From assembly GCA_048882045.1 (NCBI GenBank), contig JBHLRZ010000017.1:1-64000 (forward strand): a stretch of 64,000 bases of DNA, written 5' to 3'. The stretch is from Candidatus Thorarchaeota archaeon (GTDB taxonomy: Archaea > Asgardarchaeota > Thorarchaeia > Thorarchaeales > Thorarchaeaceae). The notes beneath the pieces were generated by a model. It was not told where the DNA came from. It made no database searches and saw nothing but the letters and a program-made list of their open reading frames with translations. The position numbers and the translations under genes were made by a program. Shown in pieces: positions 49,166 through 59,924 of this stretch (positions are counted from its first letter, which is position 1; each line of letters opens with the position of its first letter).

Positions 49166-49828
49166 GTGATACCACTCCAACAGAGTGAAATACTTGAAAA
49201 AGTAGCGACCGTCAGACCTGGAGGCGACACATTGGAAGACAACGAACGCTTTTCCAAACAGATTGAATTCATTGTTGAGGTTGACAAGCTCAAGCATGTA
49301 GAGAGACAGTCAGCTCTGTGTGATGGTACCCGTCAGGAGAATGACACTGAACATTCATGGCATATCGCCTTGATGTCGATGCTTCTTTTGGAGTATGCAA
49401 ATGAGAAGGTAGACCAAGTAAAGGTCATGAAGATGCTGTTGATTCATGACCTTGTCGAGATCTATGCAGGGGATACTTTTGCATATGATATCGTTGGGAA
49501 TTCCTCAAAAGAGAAGAGAGAACGAGAAGCTGCAAACAAAATCTTTCTTCTACTTCCTCAAGATCAGGCTGAAGAGATGTTGGCGCTCTGGAATGAGTTC
49601 GAGTCGTTGTCTACTCCTGAAGCTCGATTCGCTTCGGCCTTGGACAAGTTGCAGCCACTAATTCTGAGCGTTAACAACAAGGGATGGTCGTGGAAAAAAC
49701 ATGGTATTGTTAGCAGCCAAATCTATGAGAACAAAAAGGAAATGGCCAAGGGATCTGAAGATCTCTGGGAGTATGCAAAGAAACTCATCCAGGAATCGAT
49801 CGATGCTGGCTTTCTTGTAGAAGGGTAA
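49166..49828 (+). CDS. HD-domain hydrolase (YfbR/HDDC2-like 5'-deoxynucleotidase)
   Basis: 'ENDTEHSW', 'IHDLVEIYAGD', 'ALDKLQP'. Confidence 0.88.
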   Translation: MIPLQQSEILEKVATVRPGGDTLEDNERFSKQIEFIVEVDKLKHVERQSALCDGTRQENDTEHSWHIALMSMLLLEYANEKVDQVKVMKMLLIHDLVEIYAGDTFAYDIVGNSSKEKREREAANKIFLLLPQDQAEEMLALWNEFESLSTPEARFASALDKLQPLILSVNNKGWSWKKHGIVSSQIYENKKEMAKGSEDLWEYAKKLIQESIDAGFLVEG

Positions 49829-49883
49829 TACCAAAGAAAATCAAGAGAGGTAGAATGATTCCACCTCTCATTTCATTCGATAT

Positions 49884-52091
49884 TCATTTTGTAGGAGTCC
49901 TTCTCCGTCCCATCGCACACACTAATGCTACGACAGCAATGGTGACCCCGACTCCCGCTACAAATGGAAGTGCGCTATCAAAAATGCCTGGTGTAACTTG
50001 TCCACCGGTCGTTGTTGTTTGCGTTGTCGCGGCTGGGCGATCTCCTACAGTCACAGTAAACTCTCCCTGCAGAATATTCCCATTGACATCTGTTACTGAA
50101 ACAGTCACTGCATGTAATCCGGGTGCGAGTGTGATTAGATTTCGAACCCTTCCTTCGCTGTCAACTGAAAATTCTGTATTGTCAACTGACCATGATGCTA
50201 GTCCGGCTAAATCTGAGGCATCAAGATCATAGACAAAATCTTCACCATAGTCAATAGACTGGTCCTGCAAAGCTGTGTCCCATGTTGGAGCTGTTGTGTC
50301 TTGGACAATAATCTGCAAACTATCAAACAGTGCATTGTGATACATATCATTGACTTGTATTTCCAGATTGTATTCCCCAACTGGTGGTGTTCCAACATTT
50401 GTGATTTGGCCGTTGCCAATATCGATTGTGAAGTAGGATGACCCAGTGAGAAACCAGTCATCCAATAATGACAGGTCATATGCATTTGGTCTATACTGGA
50501 ATTGGTCACCAAACTCCAAGAAGTGCTCTGCAGTGTAATCCGACCATGAAGGTGCAGTAGTATCATCGACATAGATCCAGAAGATGTATTCTGTTTCGTG
50601 TCCTGCTGTGTTGTTCACATGGACCCATATCTCATACATTCCAACGTTTGGTGGTGCTATTCGATAAACCGTCCCTTCATTATCTCCGATTTTTGCTACA
50701 TCAAAGACAGAGGTGTCTTCGAGCCACCACATATGAATTGGCGCTGTAGATTCCGCCCATAGAGAAACTCCTACGGATTCTCCAAACTCAATAAACTGGT
50801 CCAAAGGAGAACTAATCAACCGTGGCTCACCTGGGACAAGGAACATCCATCCGTCAAAATCGCCTGAGCCGTAGGTTCTACTAGTTCCCCCGACTACATA
50901 CTCTTCAGGATAGACTTCCACAAGCTCATATCCGTAATCAACATCAGAACCACCATACCAATGACTCCAGACTTCGGTATTATTTGGTTGAATACGAGTT
51001 ATTCTGGTTTGAGGATTTAATCCAATATAATCGGAAATTCCGACAATTGTAAATCCGCCTCGAGATGCTTCTATGATTCCTGTAGCAAAGTCCTCTCCTG
51101 AACCTACGTAGTATTGGTCCCAGACAAGACTACCATCTGAATCAGATCTTACGACATAGAGGTCTCCTTGCGCGTCTCCGAAGCTACGTGTTTGACCAGC
51201 CATCACAAACCCACCTGGATAGTACTCTATAATATCATACCCGCTGTCGCTTAATCCTCCGCCAAACGTGCTGTTCCACAATGAGTTTCCATTTTCGTCA
51301 ATTCTCACTAGCCAGAAATCAGAACTGCCAGCACCATAGCTAAAGGTATTTGCTAGGAAAGCGTATCCTCCTTCTCTACTTTCAACAATAGACCTTCCAA
51401 GATCATTATTCCCTCCTCCATATGTTCGTGTCCATACGGGGGAACCAATGGGACTAAGCGATACCACAACCACATCATCAAAACCAGCACCCCAAGATTC
51501 GGTCGTGCCTATAGCAATGATTGCCCCGTTACTTGATTCAATTACTTCAGTAAAACTGTCCGCTAAAGCATCAGTCCCAAGTTCATATGTCCAAAGCAAC
51601 TCTCCATCGATGCCGCTGATACGAGTCACAAATCCATTTATGCCTCCAATTGTTTCGAAATATCCTGCAATGACAAAGTCACCATTCTCACATTGATAGA
51701 TTGAATTTCCTTGGTCATTGGAACTATTATAGCCCAAATTCTGAGTCCACTCAACATCACCGGTGTCATCTGTACGGATAACCCATGTATCTCTGTCCGT
51801 AGAGTCGAAGCTATTAGTATATCCAACTAATGCATATCCACCATCATCACAAAGAACAAGATCGTAGAGGCGATCACTATCAAAACCACCATACGTTCTA
51901 TTCCAAAGAGATGAATGGTCAATATCACTCAAACTGTAACTTTGCTTGATTTTATTTAATGAATAACCATCCAAATTGATGACACTTGTAAGAGGTGTTA
52001 TTGCAGAGAATCCTATTATCCATACAAGACACAGCATAACAAGAATCCTACATCCCTTTTTTCTAAAACTGCCTTGAAACATGCATCTCAC
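49884..52091 (-). CDS. Cell-surface beta-propeller plus Ig/cadherin-like protein with C-terminal anchor
   Basis: 'W..TYGG..+D.G' repeats, 'DTTAP.W' Ig-like repeats, Thr linker and TM. Confidence 0.82.
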   Translation of the reverse strand: MRCMFQGSFRKKGCRILVMLCLVWIIGFSAITPLTSVINLDGYSLNKIKQSYSLSDIDHSSLWNRTYGGFDSDRLYDLVLCDDGGYALVGYTNSFDSTDRDTWVIRTDDTGDVEWTQNLGYNSSNDQGNSIYQCENGDFVIAGYFETIGGINGFVTRISGIDGELLWTYELGTDALADSFTEVIESSNGAIIAIGTTESWGAGFDDVVVVSLSPIGSPVWTRTYGGGNNDLGRSIVESREGGYAFLANTFSYGAGSSDFWLVRIDENGNSLWNSTFGGGLSDSGYDIIEYYPGGFVMAGQTRSFGDAQGDLYVVRSDSDGSLVWDQYYVGSGEDFATGIIEASRGGFTIVGISDYIGLNPQTRITRIQPNNTEVWSHWYGGSDVDYGYELVEVYPEEYVVGGTSRTYGSGDFDGWMFLVPGEPRLISSPLDQFIEFGESVGVSLWAESTAPIHMWWLEDTSVFDVAKIGDNEGTVYRIAPPNVGMYEIWVHVNNTAGHETEYIFWIYVDDTTAPSWSDYTAEHFLEFGDQFQYRPNAYDLSLLDDWFLTGSSYFTIDIGNGQITNVGTPPVGEYNLEIQVNDMYHNALFDSLQIIVQDTTAPTWDTALQDQSIDYGEDFVYDLDASDLAGLASWSVDNTEFSVDSEGRVRNLITLAPGLHAVTVSVTDVNGNILQGEFTVTVGDRPAATTQTTTTGGQVTPGIFDSALPFVAGVGVTIAVVALVCAMGRRRTPTK

Positions 52092-52274
52092 TTCCCACGT
52101 GATTCGAACACCGGCTTCTGTTGCAAATCACTCGAAGGCGTTGAAGCTATCTTTGGTTTCCTCTGACCACGCTACAAAACCCAGATTATGCGCATCAGAA
52201 AAGCTTTGTGATTAATTTGAAAGAGATGTTTACTTCAATATTAAAAACTAACAAACGGCAATCTACCAGAGTTT

Positions 52275-52754
52275 CTATTCTCCAAGATCAGTCTTTATCA
52301 CTTTGATACCCAACTCGAAAAAGGCTGGTTCGATTGCAGATTCAATCTGTGATGATAGCTCATCCGAATCTGTGAATCGCAAATCACTGGTCATTGACTC
52401 AGTAGCGTACATAATACTCTGCTGAATAGTTCTATCTGGAGTGCCTTGGTGGACCTTCATACCTTGTACATGCTTTTCAACATCTATGACTTGCCATTGG
52501 ATATGTCCTTTCAGCTCTCCTGTGTCGAATTCTGTTGTTTGCACTTGAAGGGAAATCCTCATTGCTATCTTATCGATAATCGGTATTGTCCAAATCAATC
52601 CTGGTCCTTTTACACCCTTGTAGATACCAAGACGTAGAATGACAGCTCTCTCATATTCCTTCACTACTTTTATTCCAGATAGAATGAAAGCAAACGTGAA
52701 CAATGTAATAGTCCCAATCAGAACTATGAAGAAATAGAATTCCAAAGTTTGCAT
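52275..52754 (-). CDS. SPFH/band-7 (stomatin-like) protein, shortened
   Basis: TM followed by 'IKVVKEYERAVILRLG...GPGLIWTIPIID'. Lacks the C-terminal coiled coil. Confidence 0.75.
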   Translation of the reverse strand: MQTLEFYFFIVLIGTITLFTFAFILSGIKVVKEYERAVILRLGIYKGVKGPGLIWTIPIIDKIAMRISLQVQTTEFDTGELKGHIQWQVIDVEKHVQGMKVHQGTPDRTIQQSIMYATESMTSDLRFTDSDELSSQIESAIEPAFFELGIKVIKTDLGE

Positions 52755-52844
52755 AGCGGACCCTATGATAGTCACTTTTATCCCCCAAAAAAGATTGTGT
52801 TGAAATCGTAGGAGTTTATCTGACACACAATAGTACAGACTAGC

Positions 52845-53375
52845 ATGACGCGGAGCTCCCAGACTAAGTTGTCCGACTTTGATGATATCGAAGAAAGGTC
52901 ACGCGAACCTTCTCACACAGTTGTGACTGAGTTCGGTAAACCGAAGGAACGAAAGCCAAAGAGAAAGCTCTGGCGAAAGACGACCAAGAAAGACGAGGAA
53001 TGGGGAGTCTGCAACTTCGATGAGACCGTTCTCCTTGTCCAGATCATTGACGGCAGACTCCATGCTCATGGAAGGGAGGCTGTCTGCAAGTGGTGTGATG
53101 GTGTATTGGAGATACGTGAAAAGGTAAAGGTGTTCTGCTCAGGCGAGTGTGGCAGATATCAGGGTGAGTTCTCGTCAGACCTCAATGACTATCTGCGATG
53201 GGAAGGTGTCAAGTCATACACACTCCGGAAGATTGTCGCCGAAGCAGAGGCGCTCGAGTTGGAAGCGAGAGACCTCCAGCCTATCCAGTATGCGCCAAAC
53301 TGGTCAGTCCTCTTTGAGTATGAAGACGACAGGTATGAGGATGATTCTGAATTTTGTGACATCTCGAAAGAATAA
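52845..53375 (+). CDS. Zn-ribbon-containing hypothetical protein
   Basis: CKWC...CSGEC. Confidence 0.65.
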   Translation: MTRSSQTKLSDFDDIEERSREPSHTVVTEFGKPKERKPKRKLWRKTTKKDEEWGVCNFDETVLLVQIIDGRLHAHGREAVCKWCDGVLEIREKVKVFCSGECGRYQGEFSSDLNDYLRWEGVKSYTLRKIVAEAEALELEARDLQPIQYAPNWSVLFEYEDDRYEDDSEFCDISKE

Positions 53376-53418
53376 TTAATGGTTCCGCACATCTTTCTGA
53401 AATCATTGGTGACTAATT

Positions 53419-53781
53419 ATGACAGAAATTCCAATGGCTGAAGCAGGCCCGTCACGAGGAGCCACGGCACCTGAGGTACGAAATGCTGGTCTTCTTCTAC
53501 TATTAGCGTCCATCACTGGCTTGGTTGTTGGTGGTCTCGAGTATGCTATTTGGGAGGAGGACCTTGCACTACTAGGTGTTATTCTCGCGATAATCGGGTT
53601 CTGTCTTTATACTCAAGTAATCAAGGCTGACTATTCTGCCTGGATGATGACTGTGATATTCAATATCATCGCCATCTTTCTTTACGCCACCGGTTCCAAT
53701 TGGGGTGGAGTAGCCTTAAGCCTAATCTGTGTGATTTACTACAATATGCCAAACGTGAAAGTTCACTTTGAGCAAAGATGA
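53419..53781 (+). CDS. Small four-TM membrane protein
   Basis: Four hydrophobic segments, 'PNVKVHF' tail. Confidence 0.7.
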   Translation: MTEIPMAEAGPSRGATAPEVRNAGLLLLLASITGLVVGGLEYAIWEEDLALLGVILAIIGFCLYTQVIKADYSAWMMTVIFNIIAIFLYATGSNWGGVALSLICVIYYNMPNVKVHFEQR

Positions 53782-53784
53782 TCT

Positions 53785-53819
53785 AAGGCTGGCAAAACCA
53801 GCCTTTCTTCTCTTTTTTT
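53785..53819 (+). terminator. Hairpin plus pyrimidine/T tract
   Basis: AAGGCTGG-caaaa-CCAGCCTT followed by TCTTCTCTTTTTTT. Confidence 0.6.
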
Positions 53820-54695
53820 CTAAAGATTCTTTTCAAAGAGGAGGAACCGTCTACCAGTGAACTCCTCAGAAACATATCCTAAGTCCAGAGCCCATTCGCT
53901 AGTGTTTGGTCCTAAGAAAAAGACAGCTCTGTCCACACCCGCTGCTTCTGATTCATCAATCATTCTCGACACAATGTCCACGAAGACCGACCGATCTGTA
54001 GCAAAGACAGTATATGCTGATGTCTTCTCTTCCTGTCTTTCTCGTTCAGTGACACAATACAGTGCCTTAGGAATCCCAGCTTCATCGATGACTACTCTGT
54101 TGATGGCTCGCGAAATGAGTCTAGTCAGTCCATCAAGGGTCTTGTAGTCGAAATGCCACGCAAGTGGGAACTTGTCTCCCGGCACTAGGTCCGGATTTAT
54201 TTCTAGGAGTTCGAACATTCTTTCAGGACTTACCTGAACAGGAACGATGTTGTTACTTGGTTTCGAGTGAGGAGGAAAGGGGCTGTATAGTCTGAAGTAT
54301 CCAGTACTGCTTACTTCCTGAAACCCGGTTTTCTCAGCTACGGTTATTGATGCAGTGTTTCTGGAACTGGTTGAATACCAGAGAGTCGTGATTCCTTGCT
54401 CACGTGCAAGTTCACTGAGTGCCAAGGTAACTGATGTAGCATGCCCCTTCTGTCTGTGAGTATCTTTTACTCTGAGACCCTGTACCCACGCAATCGTCGT
54501 ACCCTCAGTCTTCTCGACGTTTCCAATTGCTACGAGCTCATCATTATCAAAGAGTCCTAGGGTATGCGAATCGGGAGACGACACCCACCTAGGAAATACT
54601 GCAGGAACATAGTCATTTCCTTCCCAGATTGTTTCACAGAGTATGTTGACTTGTTTTTGGTCTTCAAGCGTTAGCTCCCGAAGGTTACCTGACAT
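53820..54695 (-). CDS. GNAT acetyltransferase
   Basis: 'DYVPAVFPRW', 'GLRVKDTHRQKGHA', 'NTASITVAEKTGF'. Confidence 0.85.
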   Translation of the reverse strand: MSGNLRELTLEDQKQVNILCETIWEGNDYVPAVFPRWVSSPDSHTLGLFDNDELVAIGNVEKTEGTTIAWVQGLRVKDTHRQKGHATSVTLALSELAREQGITTLWYSTSSRNTASITVAEKTGFQEVSSTGYFRLYSPFPPHSKPSNNIVPVQVSPERMFELLEINPDLVPGDKFPLAWHFDYKTLDGLTRLISRAINRVVIDEAGIPKALYCVTERERQEEKTSAYTVFATDRSVFVDIVSRMIDESEAAGVDRAVFFLGPNTSEWALDLGYVSEEFTGRRFLLFEKNL

Positions 54696-54746
54696 GAAGT
54701 TCCGGGCGATATTGATACCTTATGAATAGTATGAATTGGATTTGGT

Positions 54747-55226
54747 TCACCAAGAGTATGTTTTTACAAAACGTCCGCAATTTTGGCACTCGGTTTCTCC
54801 TTCTTCGTTTCTCCTCAATACCCTGTTCACATATTGTGCACCACAGTAGGGGCAGATGAACAATCCAATTGGACTTTCTTTTGCGTCACTTGTTAATGCC
54901 ACAAGATCTTTCTCCGTCACATCCAATAGAATGTTGCGTATTCTCTCCTCATACGTTGGGATAATGACACCACCTGAAAATGCACTGACCTCGATGCTTG
55001 CTAGTCCGGTTTCTCTCTCATATGAAACGAGTAAGGCTAGCAAAATGAGATTCATGTTATAGAGGTAGATTCCAAAGACAGATGATTGACATTCGTAGTG
55101 TTTTCGTAAAATGAGATTCATACTTGACTCTAACAAGTTTCTCTCCCTTTCCCATAGGGATGGTAGGACATCAATGAATGCATAAAGTTCCTCTTCCTTT
55201 ATCCCCACCAATTGAGCAGTTCTCAT
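54747..55226 (-). CDS. Hypothetical protein with C-terminal Zn ribbon
   Basis: CPYCGAQY...ECQNCGR. Confidence 0.7.
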   Translation of the reverse strand: MRTAQLVGIKEEELYAFIDVLPSLWERERNLLESSMNLILRKHYECQSSVFGIYLYNMNLILLALLVSYERETGLASIEVSAFSGGVIIPTYEERIRNILLDVTEKDLVALTSDAKESPIGLFICPYCGAQYVNRVLRRNEEGETECQNCGRFVKTYSW

Positions 55227-55326
55227 TATGCAACACGTTCAGGGTATGTTTCGTTCGAATGTTTATCTACTCTTGCTATATATTTCAAATATTGGGCTCA
55301 TATTTTTCACGAGCTGGATCTGCTCC

Positions 55327-55863
55327 CTAGGGATTAGATGAATCTCTCCTAGGTGCCATATCCAACTCCATCGGGTCAAATAGTCTTCCACAATTTTGGC
55401 ACTCGATCCGACCATCAGCTGATACATGGAGTACCCTCATTCTATATTGTGCTCCACATATCGGACACAGGAATAAACGATCATCTTCCAGATGTCGTAC
55501 AGAAACAGCGAATTCTTTCAACTGTTCATATGTGAGATTCTCCAACATAGACTTAATTTTCTCTTCTCCCTTTTCATCATCACATGGGGCGAAAATTCCC
55601 ACAACTTGTTTTACATTGATTGTAAAGGTGGCTGTTCTTGACTCTCTCATATACTCCGACAATATTATGACCACTCTGGTTGCATTTCCATGATAAAATA
55701 CGTTAACTCCAAAGAGAAGGTCCTCGGACTCACCAAATTTATTGAAGATTGAAAAGAAACCTGCATCAAAGATACTACTGTCCTTTTGCCATATCTTCGG
55801 AAAGAAGTAAAGTATACCTTTCACTTCATCCTCATCAACATCACAAAGTGCTATTGTTTCCAA
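55327..55863 (-). CDS. Hypothetical protein with C-terminal Zn ribbon (paralog)
   Basis: CPICGAQY...ECQNCGR. Confidence 0.7.
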   Translation of the reverse strand: METIALCDVDEDEVKGILYFFPKIWQKDSSIFDAGFFSIFNKFGESEDLLFGVNVFYHGNATRVVIILSEYMRESRTATFTINVKQVVGIFAPCDDEKGEEKIKSMLENLTYEQLKEFAVSVRHLEDDRLFLCPICGAQYRMRVLHVSADGRIECQNCGRLFDPMELDMAPRRDSSNP

Positions 55864-55940
55864 TTAGTTCCATACCACCTTCACCTCATATACGTCGTGT
55901 AAGAATATAGTGCTAACGGTGAGAACAACTAGTTTCTCAA

Positions 55941-56777
55941 TTACAACAGGTTCTGAAGGATAAGGCAGTAGTGATGATGTACATTGGAAACGTATGTTGT
56001 TGGATATCCCCAACAACCCAGCTTCTTGTTGTCTTGACACCAGATCATCTCCTGGCATAGGTGATACTCATCAGCTAGTCTCTTAGCCAAGTCCCAAGCT
56101 AATGTCTTCAACGAACCGTCAACATCTCTCATATTTTGGACAACAACTACGAGATATGCTCTGTCGGACAAAAGAGGACGAAGACCACCGATTATTCGAC
56201 CAATCGATTCAATATAGGCTGGATAATCAGTGATGTTTCCTATGTCATTGGCTTTATCACTGTAAGCCAATCTGAGGCCTTTTTCTGCACGCTCTTTGTG
56301 AACAGAATCATTACCTCCTCTAGATTTGCGAAGCATGTCCCAATATGGAGGAGAGGTCATAACGAAGTCAAAACTTGGTGGGTTGAATTCAAAGTGGTTG
56401 TTAAGTATCTCCACTATCTTCCTGGAATCTCCCTGAAGAAGATGGTACTCGCTACCTCCATCTCCTTCATACAAAGCTGTTTCTCCAATATCAACAAATT
56501 CGCTTGACAACTCGACTCCGACTGAATTTCGTCCCATCTCTTTACTCGCGATGAGTGTACTTCCCACACCAGCAAAGGGATCAAGAATCCAACTTCCGAC
56601 TTTCGTGAAGAACTTTAAGAACCGCTTGACCAGTTCCTCTGGAAATTTCGCTGGGTGCTGAATCTGTGATGAAGTCCTTGACTTTGGATTGATCACAAAC
56701 CACGACTTAGTCGCTTTGACCCATGACTTGCCATCAAGATTGTTGAGTCGTTTTTCCGAACTTGTCAAACTAACCAC
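55941..56777 (-). CDS. N4/N6 DNA amino-methyltransferase family protein
   Basis: 'HPAKFP', 'LDPFAGVGST', 'TSPPY'. Confidence 0.85.
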   Translation of the reverse strand: MVSLTSSEKRLNNLDGKSWVKATKSWFVINPKSRTSSQIQHPAKFPEELVKRFLKFFTKVGSWILDPFAGVGSTLIASKEMGRNSVGVELSSEFVDIGETALYEGDGGSEYHLLQGDSRKIVEILNNHFEFNPPSFDFVMTSPPYWDMLRKSRGGNDSVHKERAEKGLRLAYSDKANDIGNITDYPAYIESIGRIIGGLRPLLSDRAYLVVVVQNMRDVDGSLKTLAWDLAKRLADEYHLCQEMIWCQDNKKLGCWGYPTTYVSNVHHHYCLILQNLL

Positions 56778-56887
56778 CAGACGCGGGTAATATGGCTTGA
56801 CTAGTCATAAGTCTACCCGCATCGATACGATTACCTTATTTTGTGGGTGTGTCCAAGCTTCAATAGCAGATTTAGAGGAACTTCAGG

Positions 56888-57949
56888 ATGAAGTCAATCT
56901 GGAAACATAAAAGCAGTCTATTCGCGGGATTACTAATTGGCATCCTCTTAGGAGCAGGAGGTCTCATTTTTATCAGTCCTCCACCAGGAGGCGGCACCGA
57001 AGGTACAATTACCACAGCAGGTTCCTCAACAGTCTATCCTCTCTCACAAATCTGGGCAACTGAATTCCATGCTGTATTTCCAGGTCTCACTGTTAATCCA
57101 AGTACGGGTGGTTCGGGTTTAGGTCAGTCTCAAGTGGGTCAAGGACTGATTGACATCGGAGCATCAAGTTCTTTCCCACCACAGAATTACATAGATGCCA
57201 ATCCGCAGGTTGAAATACTTCCAGTATCAGCTGATGCACTTGGAGTGGTATCCAATCAAGCAGTGAATGGTTCAACTTTGAAGCTGGATTGCGATATGGT
57301 TGTTGCTATCTTTCAGAGGAATATTACAACCTGGGATGATTTCGAAACAATCTTTGGTGTGGCCATTCAACAAACAGGACCTATCAATGTCTTTGTCAGA
57401 TCTGACGCAAGTGGTACTACAGCAACTTTCGCAAAGTGGCTTGAAACAGCTGAGGAGAATACCAATGCTAACGGTGCAGAATACGAATGGATCCTGGGAC
57501 ACGAGGAAGCACTCTCTTTCCCAGCAGGTGTGAATTCTGTTGATGGCAATCCTGGAGTCGCTTCTGGAGTTGAAGGAGATCAATCTTCTATTGGATATGT
57601 AGGTTTGGCTTTTCTCGGGGACCTTGTGGCTGCAGACCTGTACAATCCCGGAAATGAAGAGTGGATTTCACCATCAATAACAAATGCAATCAAAGCCATT
57701 CCAACTAATCTTACAGCTCCTAGTGATGCTATCATGAACTCCAATTTTGAAGGAGCCTACCCCATTGCCCGATTGCTGTTCTATTTGATCAATCGGGACA
57801 ACCTCAGTGCAAATACAATAACATTCGTAACTTGGTGTCTGGTTCAAGGTCAGAGATTTGTTAGTACTGTTGGATACGTTCCGATCAATGGGACTTCAGC
57901 TCAGAGTTACTCTCTAGCAATAATGAGTTCATTAGCACCATCCTCATAG
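56888..57949 (+). CDS. pstS: Phosphate ABC transporter substrate-binding protein
   Basis: 'AGSSTVYP', 'GGSGLG', 'RSDASGTT', 'YPIAR'. Confidence 0.93.
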   Translation: MKSIWKHKSSLFAGLLIGILLGAGGLIFISPPPGGGTEGTITTAGSSTVYPLSQIWATEFHAVFPGLTVNPSTGGSGLGQSQVGQGLIDIGASSSFPPQNYIDANPQVEILPVSADALGVVSNQAVNGSTLKLDCDMVVAIFQRNITTWDDFETIFGVAIQQTGPINVFVRSDASGTTATFAKWLETAEENTNANGAEYEWILGHEEALSFPAGVNSVDGNPGVASGVEGDQSSIGYVGLAFLGDLVAADLYNPGNEEWISPSITNAIKAIPTNLTAPSDAIMNSNFEGAYPIARLLFYLINRDNLSANTITFVTWCLVQGQRFVSTVGYVPINGTSAQSYSLAIMSSLAPSS

Positions 57950-57965
57950 TAGGGAGACGGATTGG

Positions 57966-59012
57966 ATGACAGAAACTGAGAGCAAAGCAATTGAACACCA
58001 ACCGGTTGAACAAGAACAAGGATTGTTCAAGAGATGGATGTTTTTGATAAAGAAGGCTCTCTATGATTTCAGATTGGCTGATCGACCTGGGAAGACTGAC
58101 AAACTAGGAAAACTGTTTCTGTTGATCCCTGCCTTAACAAGCACTCTGATTATCATCCTAATCCTTGCTTTTCTCTGGGTTGAATCGACACCTATATTGA
58201 CTAATCCTATAGGTGGTCCAGGAATTATCGTCAGTCCAACTTGGGATCCTAGTAGAGACCTCTATGGCATAGCAATCTTCGTTGTAGGTTCATTGCTATG
58301 CACAGGTATTGCAATTGGAATTGCTGTACCAGTTGGGCTAGGCGGTGCTATTTTCCTATCTGAGTTTTGTCCGATGCGACTTCGACAACCAATCAAAATG
58401 ATTATCGAAATGATGGCGGCAATCCCGTCAATCGTCTATGGTCTCTGGGCATATATTGTGATGGTGCCCTACATCAAGAACGTCTTGGCTCCGAGTCTTC
58501 AAAGCAATCCAATCACATCATGGATGCCATGGTTTCAAGGTGATACAAGTGGATTGAGTCTTCTTGCAGGAGGCGTTATTCTTGCGATTATGTTACTCCC
58601 CACAGTTGTGACAATCACTCATGATGCACTCCAGACTGTACCAAGCAGTCTTCGTGAGGCGTCACTTGCTCTTGGTGCTACTCAGAGTGAAACTGCAAGG
58701 AGGATTGTCGTTTCAGCGGCATTGCCCGGTGTAGGAGCAGCTGTGGTTCTATCCCTGGGGCGAGCGGTAGGCGAAACAATGGCTGTCCTCATGGTAACAG
58801 GCAATTCCTTACAGATTCCCTACACATTATTTGATCCCACATATGTGATGACCAGTATCATAACGAATCAGCTAGGGTATGCTTTTGTTTTCCCACTGTG
58901 GCGTTCCGCCTTGTTTGCTGTTGGTTTAGTATTGATGATTATGTCAGTATGTTTCACCATAGTAGCGAAGGTGTTCATACGGTGGGGCATGAAAACAAGG
59001 GGGTATATCTAG
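57966..59012 (+). CDS. pstC: Phosphate ABC transporter permease
   Basis: 'AAIPSIVYGLW', 'REASLALGAT', 'GRAVGETMAV'. Confidence 0.93.
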   Translation: MTETESKAIEHQPVEQEQGLFKRWMFLIKKALYDFRLADRPGKTDKLGKLFLLIPALTSTLIIILILAFLWVESTPILTNPIGGPGIIVSPTWDPSRDLYGIAIFVVGSLLCTGIAIGIAVPVGLGGAIFLSEFCPMRLRQPIKMIIEMMAAIPSIVYGLWAYIVMVPYIKNVLAPSLQSNPITSWMPWFQGDTSGLSLLAGGVILAIMLLPTVVTITHDALQTVPSSLREASLALGATQSETARRIVVSAALPGVGAAVVLSLGRAVGETMAVLMVTGNSLQIPYTLFDPTYVMTSIITNQLGYAFVFPLWRSALFAVGLVLMIMSVCFTIVAKVFIRWGMKTRGYI

Positions 59013-59924
59013 ATGAGCAGGTTAGACTCTCTAAAGACATACTTCCTGACCATTACTCAGTCAAGGAGACACTTCACTGATTTCCTCTTCAAAGTCATTC
59101 TTGCCCTGTTGATTGTCATAATACTCTCACCCTTCTTCCTTGTCCTGATTCAGGTTGCAAGTATTGGTTTCTTCCAGGTTTTCGGATCAGGACCAGGACA
59201 GGGAATTGAGTTCTTTACGACATTTCCCGGAATAGGGCTTGAGGGTGGAATCAGGAATGCGTTTGTGGGTACTGTGGAGCTGATTGTATTGGCTAGTGCT
59301 GTGGGAATTCCTCTTAGTGTATTTGGAGCAGTGTACATCACCGAATACACGCAACCTGGTTGGAGTCAATCACTAGTTGAATTCGCATCTGATGTTCTTG
59401 CAGGAATACCATCTATTGTCTTTGGTGCATTCAGCTTTGCATTATTAGTTGACTTCCTCCACCTCGGGATGGGTATCGTCGCTGGTAGTCTCACATTAGC
59501 TTTCATGATGATTCCAACTGTTTTGAGGACGACTCAAGAAGCACTCAGAGCGGTTCCTATGTCATTGAGAGAAGCTTCACTTGCTCTTGGAGCAACCAAA
59601 TGGTCAACTACCTGGAATGTGACTCTCCGCGCTGCATTTCCCGGGTTGATTACTGGTGTACTACTTGCCATTGGTCGAGTAATGGGTGAAACTGCTCCTC
59701 TGATTTTCACTGCTGGGAACAGCTTGAGCGTTCCTACTGAACTTACAGGTTCTGGTTCTTGGGTCGCATCCATGCCCTATACAATATGGGCGTACATTAG
59801 TGATCCTAGAGAGTATCTTCAAGCGAAAGCCCATGGAACTGCTCTGGCTCTTATGATCATGGTCCTCACAGTGGACTTGGTTGCTAATGTGATTTCTAGG
59901 AAGGTCACAAGGAGGCTTGTCTAA
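59013..59924 (+). CDS. pstA: Phosphate ABC transporter permease
   Basis: 'LAGIPSIVFG', 'GRVMGETAPL'. Confidence 0.93.
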   Translation: MSRLDSLKTYFLTITQSRRHFTDFLFKVILALLIVIILSPFFLVLIQVASIGFFQVFGSGPGQGIEFFTTFPGIGLEGGIRNAFVGTVELIVLASAVGIPLSVFGAVYITEYTQPGWSQSLVEFASDVLAGIPSIVFGAFSFALLVDFLHLGMGIVAGSLTLAFMMIPTVLRTTQEALRAVPMSLREASLALGATKWSTTWNVTLRAAFPGLITGVLLAIGRVMGETAPLIFTAGNSLSVPTELTGSGSWVASMPYTIWAYISDPREYLQAKAHGTALALMIMVLTVDLVANVISRKVTRRLV

